Assembly: GCA_964650625.1 (NCBI GenBank)
Contig: CAZYUV010000002.1
Span: 1-39,509 of the forward strand
Source of the DNA: an uncultured bacterium
GTDB lineage: Bacteria > Muiribacteriota > UBA6191
DNA: 39,509 nt
Reading direction: 5' to 3'
Under the pieces are notes generated by a model. That model made no database searches, was not told the DNA's origin, and was given only the letters and a program-made list of their open reading frames with translations. The position numbers and the translations under genes were made by a program. This document shows positions 27,566-36,800 of the stretch, piece by piece (position 1 is the first letter of the stretch; every line of letters begins with the position of its first letter).

Positions 27566-27964
27566 ATGGCAAAACTAAAAACATTAAAAGAAGCTGGCGA
27601 AGCAACCGGTATTGGGTTAAGCACTATTCGTAAGTATCTTAGCGAGTTTGGTGAATTAATCCCAGTGGAAAAAGGTCCTCGTAATGCTCTACTTTTCAGT
27701 ACTGAAGCTATCAAAGTACTAAAAAGTATTCGCGAGGCTTATCAAGATAAGAGAACTCATGAAGAAATCGTAGCTAAGTTATCTGGCAAAAGATTACCAC
27801 GCAGGAAAAAAGAGGAAGCTGTACAAGCTCCAGTAAAAAAAGCTGCTACTCGACGTAAGAAAGCTCCAGCTGTACCTGCGCCAGCTCCAGCTGTAAACCT
27901 AAATCGTGAAGAAACTATCATGAAAGGTTATGAAGATCAGCAAACTGATCAAGGTCTTTGGTAA
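27566..27964 (+). CDS. MerR-type HTH DNA-binding protein with basic Ala/Pro/Lys-rich (histone-H1-like) C-terminal tail
   Basis: TLKEAGEATGIGLSTIRKYLSEFGELIP fits the MerR/HTH_17 pattern. The tail is RRKKEEAVQAPVKKAATRRKKAPAVPAPAPAV. The gene has a strong RBS and its own terminator. Confidence 0.6.
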   Translation: MAKLKTLKEAGEATGIGLSTIRKYLSEFGELIPVEKGPRNALLFSTEAIKVLKSIREAYQDKRTHEEIVAKLSGKRLPRRKKEEAVQAPVKKAATRRKKAPAVPAPAPAVNLNREETIMKGYEDQQTDQGLW

Positions 27965-27981
27965 GATCAATAAATGATTAT

Positions 27982-28015
27982 AAGCCTCCCTTTGCTAAGG
28001 GGGGCTTTTTTGTTT
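27982..28015 (+). terminator. Rho-independent terminator
   Basis: AAGCCTCCC (27982-27990), loop TTTGCTAA, then GGGGGGCTT (27999-28007; one G-U pair), followed by TTTTTGTTTT. Confidence 0.7.
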
Positions 28016-28273
28016 TCAGCTAAACTTTTGCTTAATCAGTTTATTAAAACCATTCAAATTTTCAGCACTAATAATACTCTTGGAATTAGGGTTTCCACAA
28101 AAAACACCAATAATCAGAAAATGAGTACTTGAAAATAATATCCACACAAACCAACTCAACTCATACAAAAACAAATCCATACAGACACTATCGGCTCAAT
28201 TCCAACCAAAGCGTAGATTTTTAATTTGGAACGGCTTGCACTGTATCCGCTAAGCTAACTATCCTAATTATCT

Positions 28274-29416
28274 ATGGTATTTGAGAGTTTCAACTGGCTA
28301 TTCTTTATTGCCTTAATTTTAGTACATTTTGTAGTTACAGGCCGAATTCGTTTGGGATTGTCGTATTTGAGTGGCATTTATTTCGTTTACGCCTATTCTC
28401 CAACAAGTCTAGCAATTTTATCTCCGGTGGCATTATTAATTATTGGGCCGTACCTATTTCAAGAATCTGAAACTCGAAATCAATTCTACGGTTTCATGTG
28501 GCTCGCCATGTGGGGGCTATACTATCTATTCGTTAGTAATCATAACTTTGATCAAAGGGAATACTTCCCATATGAAATTTTAGTGTTAGGAGCATACAAT
28601 CTGGCAAGGTTCTATCATGTATTTAATGATTTAAATTTCCTACGATACAGAGGACCAAAATGGGATGAAATTTTAGCCTATTTATTTTTTCCTCCAATCC
28701 TTTTTTGTGGTCCACTCGAGAAAATTCAAGAGTTTTTGAAATTTTACAAGAATCACGCATGCTATAAATCAATTGACTACAAAGGCTCTGCTAAGCTCCT
28801 TAGTATTGCGGTTTTTCAGGGAGCTATCGCAGAATTCTGCTCAACCGCACTGACTCCCGATTTAGTAGATTTTTCAGAAATAACACTATTCCCACTTATA
28901 GTCTATGTCTTGGGCATAGGATGGGAAATTCATTTTAGATTAGCCTCATACATCAATTTTACGCGTGGTTTCGCTTGGCTAATGGGTTATCATTTTGAAA
29001 AACCTAATTTCCAAGCACCTTATTCGGCTAGATCTGTGGCGGGATTCTGGTCACGTTGGAATATGTCACTTTCCAGATGGACAAGAGAGTATCTTTTCTA
29101 CGGAAATATAGAAGACTTTAGTGCAAAAAGAGTTATCATCGTTCTCGGTTTATTTTGGTGTTTAGTGGGTATACTTCATGGCATAAGTTGGCATTACTTC
29201 ACTTGGGGGCTTTTAATGGGCTCAACTATACTCTTTAATTTTGCCTACATTTATGCCCGCTATCACTGGGATTGGTTAATGAAAGTGGATGCTCAATTCA
29301 TACCTTTATCAGTCAAAAGAGCAGTCACAATTGTATGGATTCATGCATCTTGTATTTTGCTGGTTCCCGAATGCGAAGATATAATTAAGTCATTACATAG
29401 AATTCTCTCTCTTTAG
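28274..29416 (+). CDS. MBOAT-superfamily membrane O-acyltransferase-like protein (short, divergent), paralogue A
   Basis: Polytopic membrane protein. FFPPILFCGPLEKIQEF, SVAGFWSRWNMSLSRWTREYLFY and LVGILHGISWHYFTWGLLMG align by eye with the AlgI/DltB motifs (FWRRWHISLSxWxRDYxY; GGLWHGAxWxFxxWGxxHG). Confidence 0.65.
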   Translation: MVFESFNWLFFIALILVHFVVTGRIRLGLSYLSGIYFVYAYSPTSLAILSPVALLIIGPYLFQESETRNQFYGFMWLAMWGLYYLFVSNHNFDQREYFPYEILVLGAYNLARFYHVFNDLNFLRYRGPKWDEILAYLFFPPILFCGPLEKIQEFLKFYKNHACYKSIDYKGSAKLLSIAVFQGAIAEFCSTALTPDLVDFSEITLFPLIVYVLGIGWEIHFRLASYINFTRGFAWLMGYHFEKPNFQAPYSARSVAGFWSRWNMSLSRWTREYLFYGNIEDFSAKRVIIVLGLFWCLVGILHGISWHYFTWGLLMGSTILFNFAYIYARYHWDWLMKVDAQFIPLSVKRAVTIVWIHASCILLVPECEDIIKSLHRILSL

Positions 29417-29446
29417 AAACAAGCTGGAACAGGTTACAATATTCGT

Positions 29447-30478
29447 ATGGGTAAACTTCATAGATTTTTGTTGGGTTATAAAGAAGATCGCGGTGTTAAG
29501 GTTCTAAATTCTTTTAGTGACCTTAGTGAAGGTCCATATCGCGACTATGCCGCTGAGATTGTATTTACTTACATAAATAGTCTCAATAGAGCATTGATTT
29601 CACGATCAGCAGCCGAACTTCACAGGGAATATAACGAAAACCAGGCTCAAAAAGATTTAATACCTTTCCAGTTGGAAGCTAGTGCTATGGCTGCTGCTAT
29701 TAGTGATAATTATTTACCCTCCGTCGTTCCCTTAGTTAAGAGAGATTTTCTTGATAAATTAATAGAAGTCTTCGGTAACTCTTACAGAGAGATGATTTTA
29801 TTAGGTGCTGGACGCGGTATGGCAGAGATACCTAATTTTAACTTGCACACTATCGTAGCTAAGTATCCCCCAGAAGTACGCTGGTTAATAATGGATGGCT
29901 ACGGTTTCCAAAAGGGATTTTTTGAATTTCCGAAAAATCGAAATCAAATTTACATACCAAAATTTAAGTTCCCATATTTTCATAAAGCCTATGCACAAGG
30001 GTTAGGGAGGAGTTTAGGCTTTTATTTAGCTGATCAACCTAGCAAGATTAATAGCTACCTTGAACGAATCCAGGGAGCAGAAGCCTCAGACTTGTGGAGT
30101 GGTGTAGGTTCTGCAGTAGCGTTCTTAGGAGCATTAACTCCCGAGCAGTTTGATGAATGGTGTAATGCCAACTCTGAATATCGTCAATTCATAGCAGTGG
30201 GTTTGGCCCTTGCATGTCGATTACAAACACAATGCGGATGGCATTATGAAACAACAGATTCATATTGCAAAATGTTATGGGGTGTATCGGCACAAGAAAT
30301 AACAGATAGAGTCCTCAATCTGCAGGCACACCTCGAAGCAACCCAAATGCCTGATCAATCTTTATATGATGAGTATACAGACTATGAAAATCTTCGCGAT
30401 TTGATGAAAGAAGAATTTGTAGCTGGCACCTACTTGCAGAAGTTTCAGTCATCTTCCGCAGACGAATCTAGTGATTAA
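29447..30478 (+). CDS. Soluble hypothetical protein, DUF1702-like (assignment from memory of the family motif pattern)
   Basis: Repeated small-residue motifs occur at regular spacing: EASAMAAAISD, LLGAGRGMAEI, MDGYGFQKGFF, AQGLGRSLGFY, WSGVGSAVAFLG and IAVGLALACRL. It has no TM or signal peptide and starts 30 nt after paralogue A. Confidence 0.4.
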   Translation: MGKLHRFLLGYKEDRGVKVLNSFSDLSEGPYRDYAAEIVFTYINSLNRALISRSAAELHREYNENQAQKDLIPFQLEASAMAAAISDNYLPSVVPLVKRDFLDKLIEVFGNSYREMILLGAGRGMAEIPNFNLHTIVAKYPPEVRWLIMDGYGFQKGFFEFPKNRNQIYIPKFKFPYFHKAYAQGLGRSLGFYLADQPSKINSYLERIQGAEASDLWSGVGSAVAFLGALTPEQFDEWCNANSEYRQFIAVGLALACRLQTQCGWHYETTDSYCKMLWGVSAQEITDRVLNLQAHLEATQMPDQSLYDEYTDYENLRDLMKEEFVAGTYLQKFQSSSADESSD

Positions 30479-30505
30479 GTACCACTTTCAAAACTTTTGA
30501 CTACG

Positions 30506-31645
30506 CTAAAATTGCAGACCAAAGCGCGCTAGAAGTCTTGCATATTGCTCATACCAGTCTGGATACCACAAGGCCCATGAAAATAATACGAATATATGAG
30601 TCATCACTATTTTTATAATATCCGGAAAATAGCGAGTATCATAAATCATCAACCACCTAAATTTTAGCTTTAGATATATATATAAGAAATTCAATAAAAC
30701 TGCAGCACCATGCAAAAGTCCCCATAAGAAGAAACCCGAAGTCATATCTTTCATTATCCCAATAAGAACAAAATATATAAAAACGGCTGCCGCGAAATCC
30801 CGGGCTCGAAATTGAGTTAAAGATCTATAAAACAAATGACGTTTTAACCATCTAGTCAATGAAATATTGTAGTGAGTCCAAAAGCTCGCAACACTCTTAA
30901 CTTTATGAACTTGGTGAAAATTTGGCGTATTAAATGGATAACCCATCATAAATGACCATCCTCTTACAAAATCAAACCAAGAGGATAAACTCAACATTAG
31001 AGTGAAACCCAAAAGATATATTTTCATGAGCAATATGGTAGCTGATGCTTTATCAAAATCAATATCAGCTTCCACAATAGCCATTCGAATTATATATACA
31101 ATGCTTCCCTTCAGAATTCCGTAAACCCAAAGCTTTAAACCCGTTAACCATTGTCGAGGTTGCTGGTTAGTATGGTATTCGCGGAATTCTTGATATCTCT
31201 CCAATGGCCCACAGAACATAATGGGTGGATACCAGAGATAAGCGATAATATTCCAAATATCATCTCGATTAATAATAATAGAGCGTCTGTAAGCCACCAC
31301 ATGCATATATCGGAGTGTATTGATACCGAAAGCTGAAAATGCAAATGGAATGATATCTAAGCGACCTTCCCAAGCGTATAGCCAATCCCAGAAATAAATA
31401 ACGGAAATCAATAAAACAAGTAATAAAGTAGAGTGGTTGGATAAGACAAATCGGACAATAGGGCGAAAAGCCAACAAAACCAAGGAGGTACTACCTACTA
31501 ACATCAACCAAGCTGGTGGACAGAAATAAAATACGAAAACAGAGCCCGTTAATACAAATCCAATGGATCGAGATGCACCAGCTGGCAAAAAACTAGCCAA
31601 AAAAGCCAAGAAAAAAATATACCAGTTCTCTAAATGTATTACCAA
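30506..31645 (-). CDS. MBOAT-superfamily membrane O-acyltransferase-like protein, paralogue B (inverted relative to A)
   Basis: Same length and motif order as 28274-29416: LWYPPIMFCGPLERYQEF, SVASFWTHYNISLTRWLKRHLFY and LIGIMKDMTSGFFLWGLLHGA. Confidence 0.65.
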   Translation of the reverse strand: MVIHLENWYIFFLAFLASFLPAGASRSIGFVLTGSVFVFYFCPPAWLMLVGSTSLVLLAFRPIVRFVLSNHSTLLLVLLISVIYFWDWLYAWEGRLDIIPFAFSAFGINTLRYMHVVAYRRSIIINRDDIWNIIAYLWYPPIMFCGPLERYQEFREYHTNQQPRQWLTGLKLWVYGILKGSIVYIIRMAIVEADIDFDKASATILLMKIYLLGFTLMLSLSSWFDFVRGWSFMMGYPFNTPNFHQVHKVKSVASFWTHYNISLTRWLKRHLFYRSLTQFRARDFAAAVFIYFVLIGIMKDMTSGFFLWGLLHGAAVLLNFLYIYLKLKFRWLMIYDTRYFPDIIKIVMTHIFVLFSWALWYPDWYEQYARLLARFGLQF

Positions 31646-31865
31646 AAGTCGTACCCGCCATCCAATCTATCGAGATTACAGACAAGTTCTGATAGAAAAA
31701 GATTATTTTTGTCACCTATCTGCCGTGGAACAAAGGAATCTGTTCCAATATAATCTTTCAAGCGTTCAAATGTATAATTTCTGCACCAAATTGCAGCAAG
31801 GAACTGTTCTTTGTCAAACCCCAAATCAGAGGTTTATAATGATCACCTGCTTGAAGGAGGTTTCC

Positions 31866-33101
31866 ATGCAGCAGGTTTATATAGGGCCATCTCACTCAAT
31901 GTCTTGGCACGGTTTCGATAATGAAAAAACATTTGAATCGATTTTCGAGGGGAAAAGCCCCTTGAGCGGCATTCTAAATGTTATCGAAGAAGCTCAAAAA
32001 AATAATGTTCCTGGTAGAATTCCATGGGATTTATTCAAAGATTTCGATATTGACAACAAATGCGTCAAAAATGGACCCGTAGAAGCTCGGTATGCATACA
32101 TTTGTACGAAAATGCTTCTCGAAAAATTCCCACAGATCCTAGACTACCGCAAAGACATGGGACTGTATGTTGGAACGATGAATAATTATTACGGATTAGT
32201 CGGTCTCAGAAATGGATATCGAGTGTGTGTAAACGAGCAATTTACTTACGATAAACGTACATTTGAAAGTAAGATAGGTTTGGGCTTTTCTTTTGTACAT
32301 CCCATGGTACCTGTATATAAAATACCCAACAATTGTGTCGCAAACATAGCATTAGATTGGGAATTAAGAGGTGCCAACGCTAACTACTTCGGTGAAGATT
32401 CATCGTCTACAGCCTTACACGAATCTTATTTAAAAATACGAGCAGGTCGCTTGAAACAAACGCTCACCGTAACCTCAAATCATTTGTTCCTAAACTATCT
32501 GGATTTTCTATTTACAGACTTGCCAACTCTCACGAAGAAAGAGCCCGCCAAGCTAATTCCAGAGAAAGATAACTTTTTCTTTCCTTCAGAATGGGCCTCG
32601 TCCTATCTTCTTTTCAACGAAGAACAGAGCGATACGCTTGGAATAGAAAGACAAGCACAAATTCTCGCATCTCATCAAACGAGCTTTCAAGGTGTATATA
32701 TGCGCAGGAATTTGAAGAAGGAGACCGTGGAACAAGTAGTAAAAGCTTGTCTTAAAAAAGCTCAGTTAGAGTTCTCAGATTTGGATCTCGTAGTTTTTGA
32801 CAATGTTGATAAAGACAAATCTCAAATCGCAGCTTTAACAGAACTTCGAGGAAATGGTAAAACTAAGCTACTGACACCTTCATTATTCATCGGACATCCA
32901 ATATGCGCTAATGGAGGCGCAATGATTTCGACAGCTCTCATGTGTTTAAAATATCAGAGCGTATTTTCTTCTTATCTAGAAAGTATCCCGGAAAAACCTG
33001 AACTCACATCTAAAAAAGAAGCTCTCAATATAAAATATGTCCTAGTCTTATCACAAGGGCTCAATAACAGCTTACATGGCTTAATTCTGGAGAAAGCATA
33101 A
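31866..33101 (+). CDS. Ketosynthase-fold protein lacking the Cys-His-His triad (chain-length-factor/KS-beta-like)
   Basis: The start is re-assigned to ATG 31866, in frame with the 31563 ORF. A GAAGGAGG RBS at 31853-31860 lies 5 nt upstream. The longer ORF would overlap the MBOAT-B start on the opposite strand. KS-like MQQVYIGPSHSMSWHG N-terminus. GEDSSSTALHES stands where KS enzymes have xTACSSSLxA, VVFDNVDKD where they have HGTGT, and IGHPICANGG near the C-terminus. Confidence 0.6.
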   Translation: MQQVYIGPSHSMSWHGFDNEKTFESIFEGKSPLSGILNVIEEAQKNNVPGRIPWDLFKDFDIDNKCVKNGPVEARYAYICTKMLLEKFPQILDYRKDMGLYVGTMNNYYGLVGLRNGYRVCVNEQFTYDKRTFESKIGLGFSFVHPMVPVYKIPNNCVANIALDWELRGANANYFGEDSSSTALHESYLKIRAGRLKQTLTVTSNHLFLNYLDFLFTDLPTLTKKEPAKLIPEKDNFFFPSEWASSYLLFNEEQSDTLGIERQAQILASHQTSFQGVYMRRNLKKETVEQVVKACLKKAQLEFSDLDLVVFDNVDKDKSQIAALTELRGNGKTKLLTPSLFIGHPICANGGAMISTALMCLKYQSVFSSYLESIPEKPELTSKKEALNIKYVLVLSQGLNNSLHGLILEKA

Positions 33102-33838
33102 TGGATAAAACATGCCTAATTGTAGGTGGCTCGCGGGGTATAGGAAAAGCCACGGCTGAACGATTCCTCAAAGATGGTTGGAAAGTAGGAATCTCTTACA
33201 ACAGTACTCAACCCGATTGGATTGAAAGTTATCCCGAAGAACAACGTTGGGCAGGCCAACTTGATGTAACAAATGGGGAACAAATTCCTGATTTTTTAAG
33301 CCAATATAAAGAATTCAGTGGAAAAAAGATCGACGTTTTTATCTACAATACCGGAATCACTATCGATGCCTTAACCATACATGGAAAAAATGAGGAATTC
33401 GATAAAGTACTCAGCACCAATTTACGCGGTGCTTATATCTTCCTTCGGGAGGTTGGTCATTTCATGTTCTTTAAGAAACGGGGTAAACAGTTCTACATTT
33501 CATCTGTAGCTGCAAAACGGGGTGGCCGTGGGCAATTAAGTTATGCGGCCTCGAAAGCGGGACTTGAAGCGTTAGTTCGAGTTGGTGCTCAGGAGTTTTC
33601 GCGAGCGGGGGTAATGATAAATGGAGTCGCTCCCGGGGTTACTGAAACTGATATGACAGAACAAGTGATGGAATTTGTCAAAGGTAACAAGAAAGGTGAT
33701 GGATTATTCGACAGAATAGCGATGCGTAGAACGGCAAAACCGGAAGAAATCGCTAACTTTTTATTTTCTCTGTCGCAAGAAGAAATAACTTACATAACTG
33801 GTCAAACGTTCAATATTGATGGCGGCTACATGCTCTGA
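33101..33838 (+). CDS. fabG: SDR-family 3-oxoacyl-ACP reductase (FabG-like ketoreductase)
   Basis: VGGSRGIGKA (TGxxxGxG), NTGI (NNAG-like), and the catalytic S...YAASKAGL (YxxxK). The start ATG overlaps the upstream TAA (TAATG at 33099-33103). Confidence 0.85.
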   Translation: MDKTCLIVGGSRGIGKATAERFLKDGWKVGISYNSTQPDWIESYPEEQRWAGQLDVTNGEQIPDFLSQYKEFSGKKIDVFIYNTGITIDALTIHGKNEEFDKVLSTNLRGAYIFLREVGHFMFFKKRGKQFYISSVAAKRGGRGQLSYAASKAGLEALVRVGAQEFSRAGVMINGVAPGVTETDMTEQVMEFVKGNKKGDGLFDRIAMRRTAKPEEIANFLFSLSQEEITYITGQTFNIDGGYML

Positions 33839-33849
33839 AAGTTAGTTAA

Positions 33850-36800
33850 ATGCAAGATTTCCTTAACATCGAAATGACTGACGAGCAGATCATGGATCTG
33901 CTGGTAGAAGCTTTGCAAGATATAACAGGTTTTGATGAAAATATAACCAAAGAAACACTTCTAATAGATGAACTCGGATTAGATTCGTTAGGTTTCCTAG
34001 ATTTGTTTTTCACTATACAAACATCGATCCAACGGGAAGTAACCAACGAACAAATGCGTAATCTCATTCTTGAGGAGCTTGATCTCGACACTGATCCCAA
34101 TGTTGCCAAATTATCTGAAGGCGAAAAAGATCGAATCGCCTATCCTAGACTGAAAGTTCAGAATTTTTTCAACATCGTTAAAAAACAATTGAATCCTGAA
34201 CTAGCTGGCATTGATCTTGAAGCCACATCGGATCGTATTTTTGAACCTCAACAACTTGAATCGTTTTTGCAGGCAAATTTCGAACAAATTAAGCAAGACA
34301 AAATTTCCGAGCAAATTCAAGCTAACAATATCACTGATCCCAGAATGCAGGAGATTGTTCGAAACTCATTTGATGCTATTGATCCTGATAAAATGCAATC
34401 ACTTTTTGCTGATAAAAAGCTTATTGCTAACGTGGTAAAAAAATATCTAAAAGATCGTATGAATCTGGATGACCCCGAAAATTTGCAGCGTTTTTTAATG
34501 GGAGAGAACAAAAATCAACTTCAAGTTAAAGCACTTCTTCAAAGCGATGATAAAGGCCGTAGTATTTTCGATATGTTTTTAGATCAAAACAAGAGCAAAA
34601 TTTTTGATCTTTATCTTGATGGAGATGAGCAAGATGTTCTCAAAGACACAATTATTCGCAAAACACTGGAAGAACGCAAAGCAGAGGTAATTAGCGAGTT
34701 AAGTTCTAGCCCAGATCAAAATCTGGTGATGAAAATTTTTGATCGTCGACGGAAAGACATAATGGAAGTTATGGTTGAACGCAGTCGTCAACAGATTTTA
34801 GACAAAGCTCTCGAAGTCAAACGTGAGCTATTTGAGTCTGAATTTAATAATCAAGAGGCAATTAAGGATTTTAATCAATTTGTTTGGGATAACTTAGCTA
34901 ATATCACCCCCGAAATTATGAAGGGGGAGATGCAGTTAATGGAAGAAGAAATTTTATCTCAAGGCTTTCAGCTACTTTCACAAGACAACGATGAAGATAC
35001 TGATCTTAAAGTTATTTTTGAAGAAGAGAAAGAAGCTCTGTTTGCAGATATTATCGAACGGGAAAAATCCACAATTTATAAACAGATGGTACTCTCAGAC
35101 GAAGAAAAAGAAAGTCTCATGGAGCAACTGGTTAACGATGACAAGGTGGGTCTCTTTAACCAATTCATATCTGAAAATAAAGTGAGTCTTAAAAGAGAGG
35201 TGCAACAGCGTGGGCTACTAGATGAAAATAGCGATTTTGCAACGCAATTACTTGCCGATGAGAGCGTTCAACAAGATCTTATGAAAACCTTAATCGATAG
35301 TCAGATTGGTAGCGTTTTCGAAGAAGAGGTTAATCGACAAAGTGAATTGGTTGATGATGCTGAGGTTATAGCATTTCTGAAAGACACTTTCCTCACAAAT
35401 GAGTTTCGCCAAGATAAAATCCAAAGTGCTATTGGTATGGGAAATGTACAGGGTGATCTTGTAGAAGAATTCATGAAGAACAACTTCGATCGTATCGCCA
35501 TGGAAGAAACTCAAAGATTACTTGCTGATAAAGAACTCCGTAATCAATTAGTTCAGGACTATATCAAAGAGAATTATGACCCCATGGAGGCAATGCAACT
35601 CAATGATCCCGAAAAAATGAAAGAGCTGCAGCAAAAAATTACCGAAAAATACATGCAAGATAATCTTGATGAAATTATTTCTCGTTACATGAACGATTAC
35701 ATGAACGAAATGATGGATGCCATTCCAGAAGAAGAAATAGAGTTAGATGGTGATGTTCAAGAAGAATTCATGAAGAAATTTATGGCTCGGATGGAAGATG
35801 AAGAGGAAACAGAAGAAACACCAAAGCCTAGCACAGTAGTTGAACGATTTATAGAAACTTACGGACTAACTGACCCCATGATTCAAGTATTCGTTGAAAA
35901 CAACTTCGACGATATTTTTGGAATTATCAAAAGAGTTTCTGGACTACAGGTTAACAATGAAGCCATTGAACAATTCGTTGTCTCAGAATTTCCGCTAAAG
36001 ATCGCTTTGTATTTTCACAGTATCATTGATGACCTCGACTTCGACCACGATGTACGCCAGACCTACACCAAGTACTTCGTAGAAAATAATATGAACGAAA
36101 TCATGGAAGTTACCATGCAGCGTCAATTCGAATTCATGCTCGGAGAAGAGTTCGACCTTGACTGGGATCGATATACACATGAGCTTAACGAATGTGTTAA
36201 AGATGAACTTAAACGAATGCATAAAGAACTCGACCCGAAGGAAGTAGAATCAAAATTAGATCAATTATTCAAAGGATTAAAATATGATTGGAATCTTTTT
36301 CTAGATGTATTAAAAAATGACATCAATGATGAAGAGCGAAACAAAATTCTTCTTTATTGGTTGAAAGACATCAACGATATAGAGCAAATTCAAATTCAAT
36401 ATATTAGAGATTTCCTACAGGATAAGGAAGAAGAAATCCGATCACACCCTCTTGGTCAGTGGATAGATTTACTAGAAGGAAAAGCAACTGCAAAAGAAGT
36501 GACGGAGCAGTACGAAACCGCCTTCAGAAGTCATCTTATTAGTAATTTCGAAGAAATTCTTAAGGATTTTGACCCTACTAGTAATACCAAAATTGATCTC
36601 CAACTTAAGAAGGCTATGACTGAGCAATGTATTCGTATTTTTCTTCCAACAAGCATTAGTGTTGTAATTAATTCACATATTGATGAACTACGCGATTACA
36701 TAACTCAATTTCCACTGCCACCACCTAGAACGATTAATGATCTTCTAGACTATCTGCTGCCTGAATCTACCAAGGCTACCTATTCTGATATTCGTACAAG

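Noticed and set aside
31563-31865. N-terminal 101 codons of the 512-aa KS-like ORF call
   Set aside because: This stretch overlaps the start of the minus-strand MBOAT-B gene and is Lys-rich and unlike any KS. A strong GAAGGAGG RBS plus the ATG at 31866 gives a KS-like N-terminus. The shorter gene model is preferred.
33846-34109. 87-aa minus-strand ORF overlapping the ACP domain, and other small ORFs inside 33850-37722 (34211-34438, 34317-34511, 34991-35185, 35290-35514, 35301-35501, 35995-36222)
   Set aside because: They are antisense or alternative frames of a 1290-aa ORF whose N-terminus has a canonical ACP motif. Their translations are Ser/Ile/Lys-rich and low in complexity.
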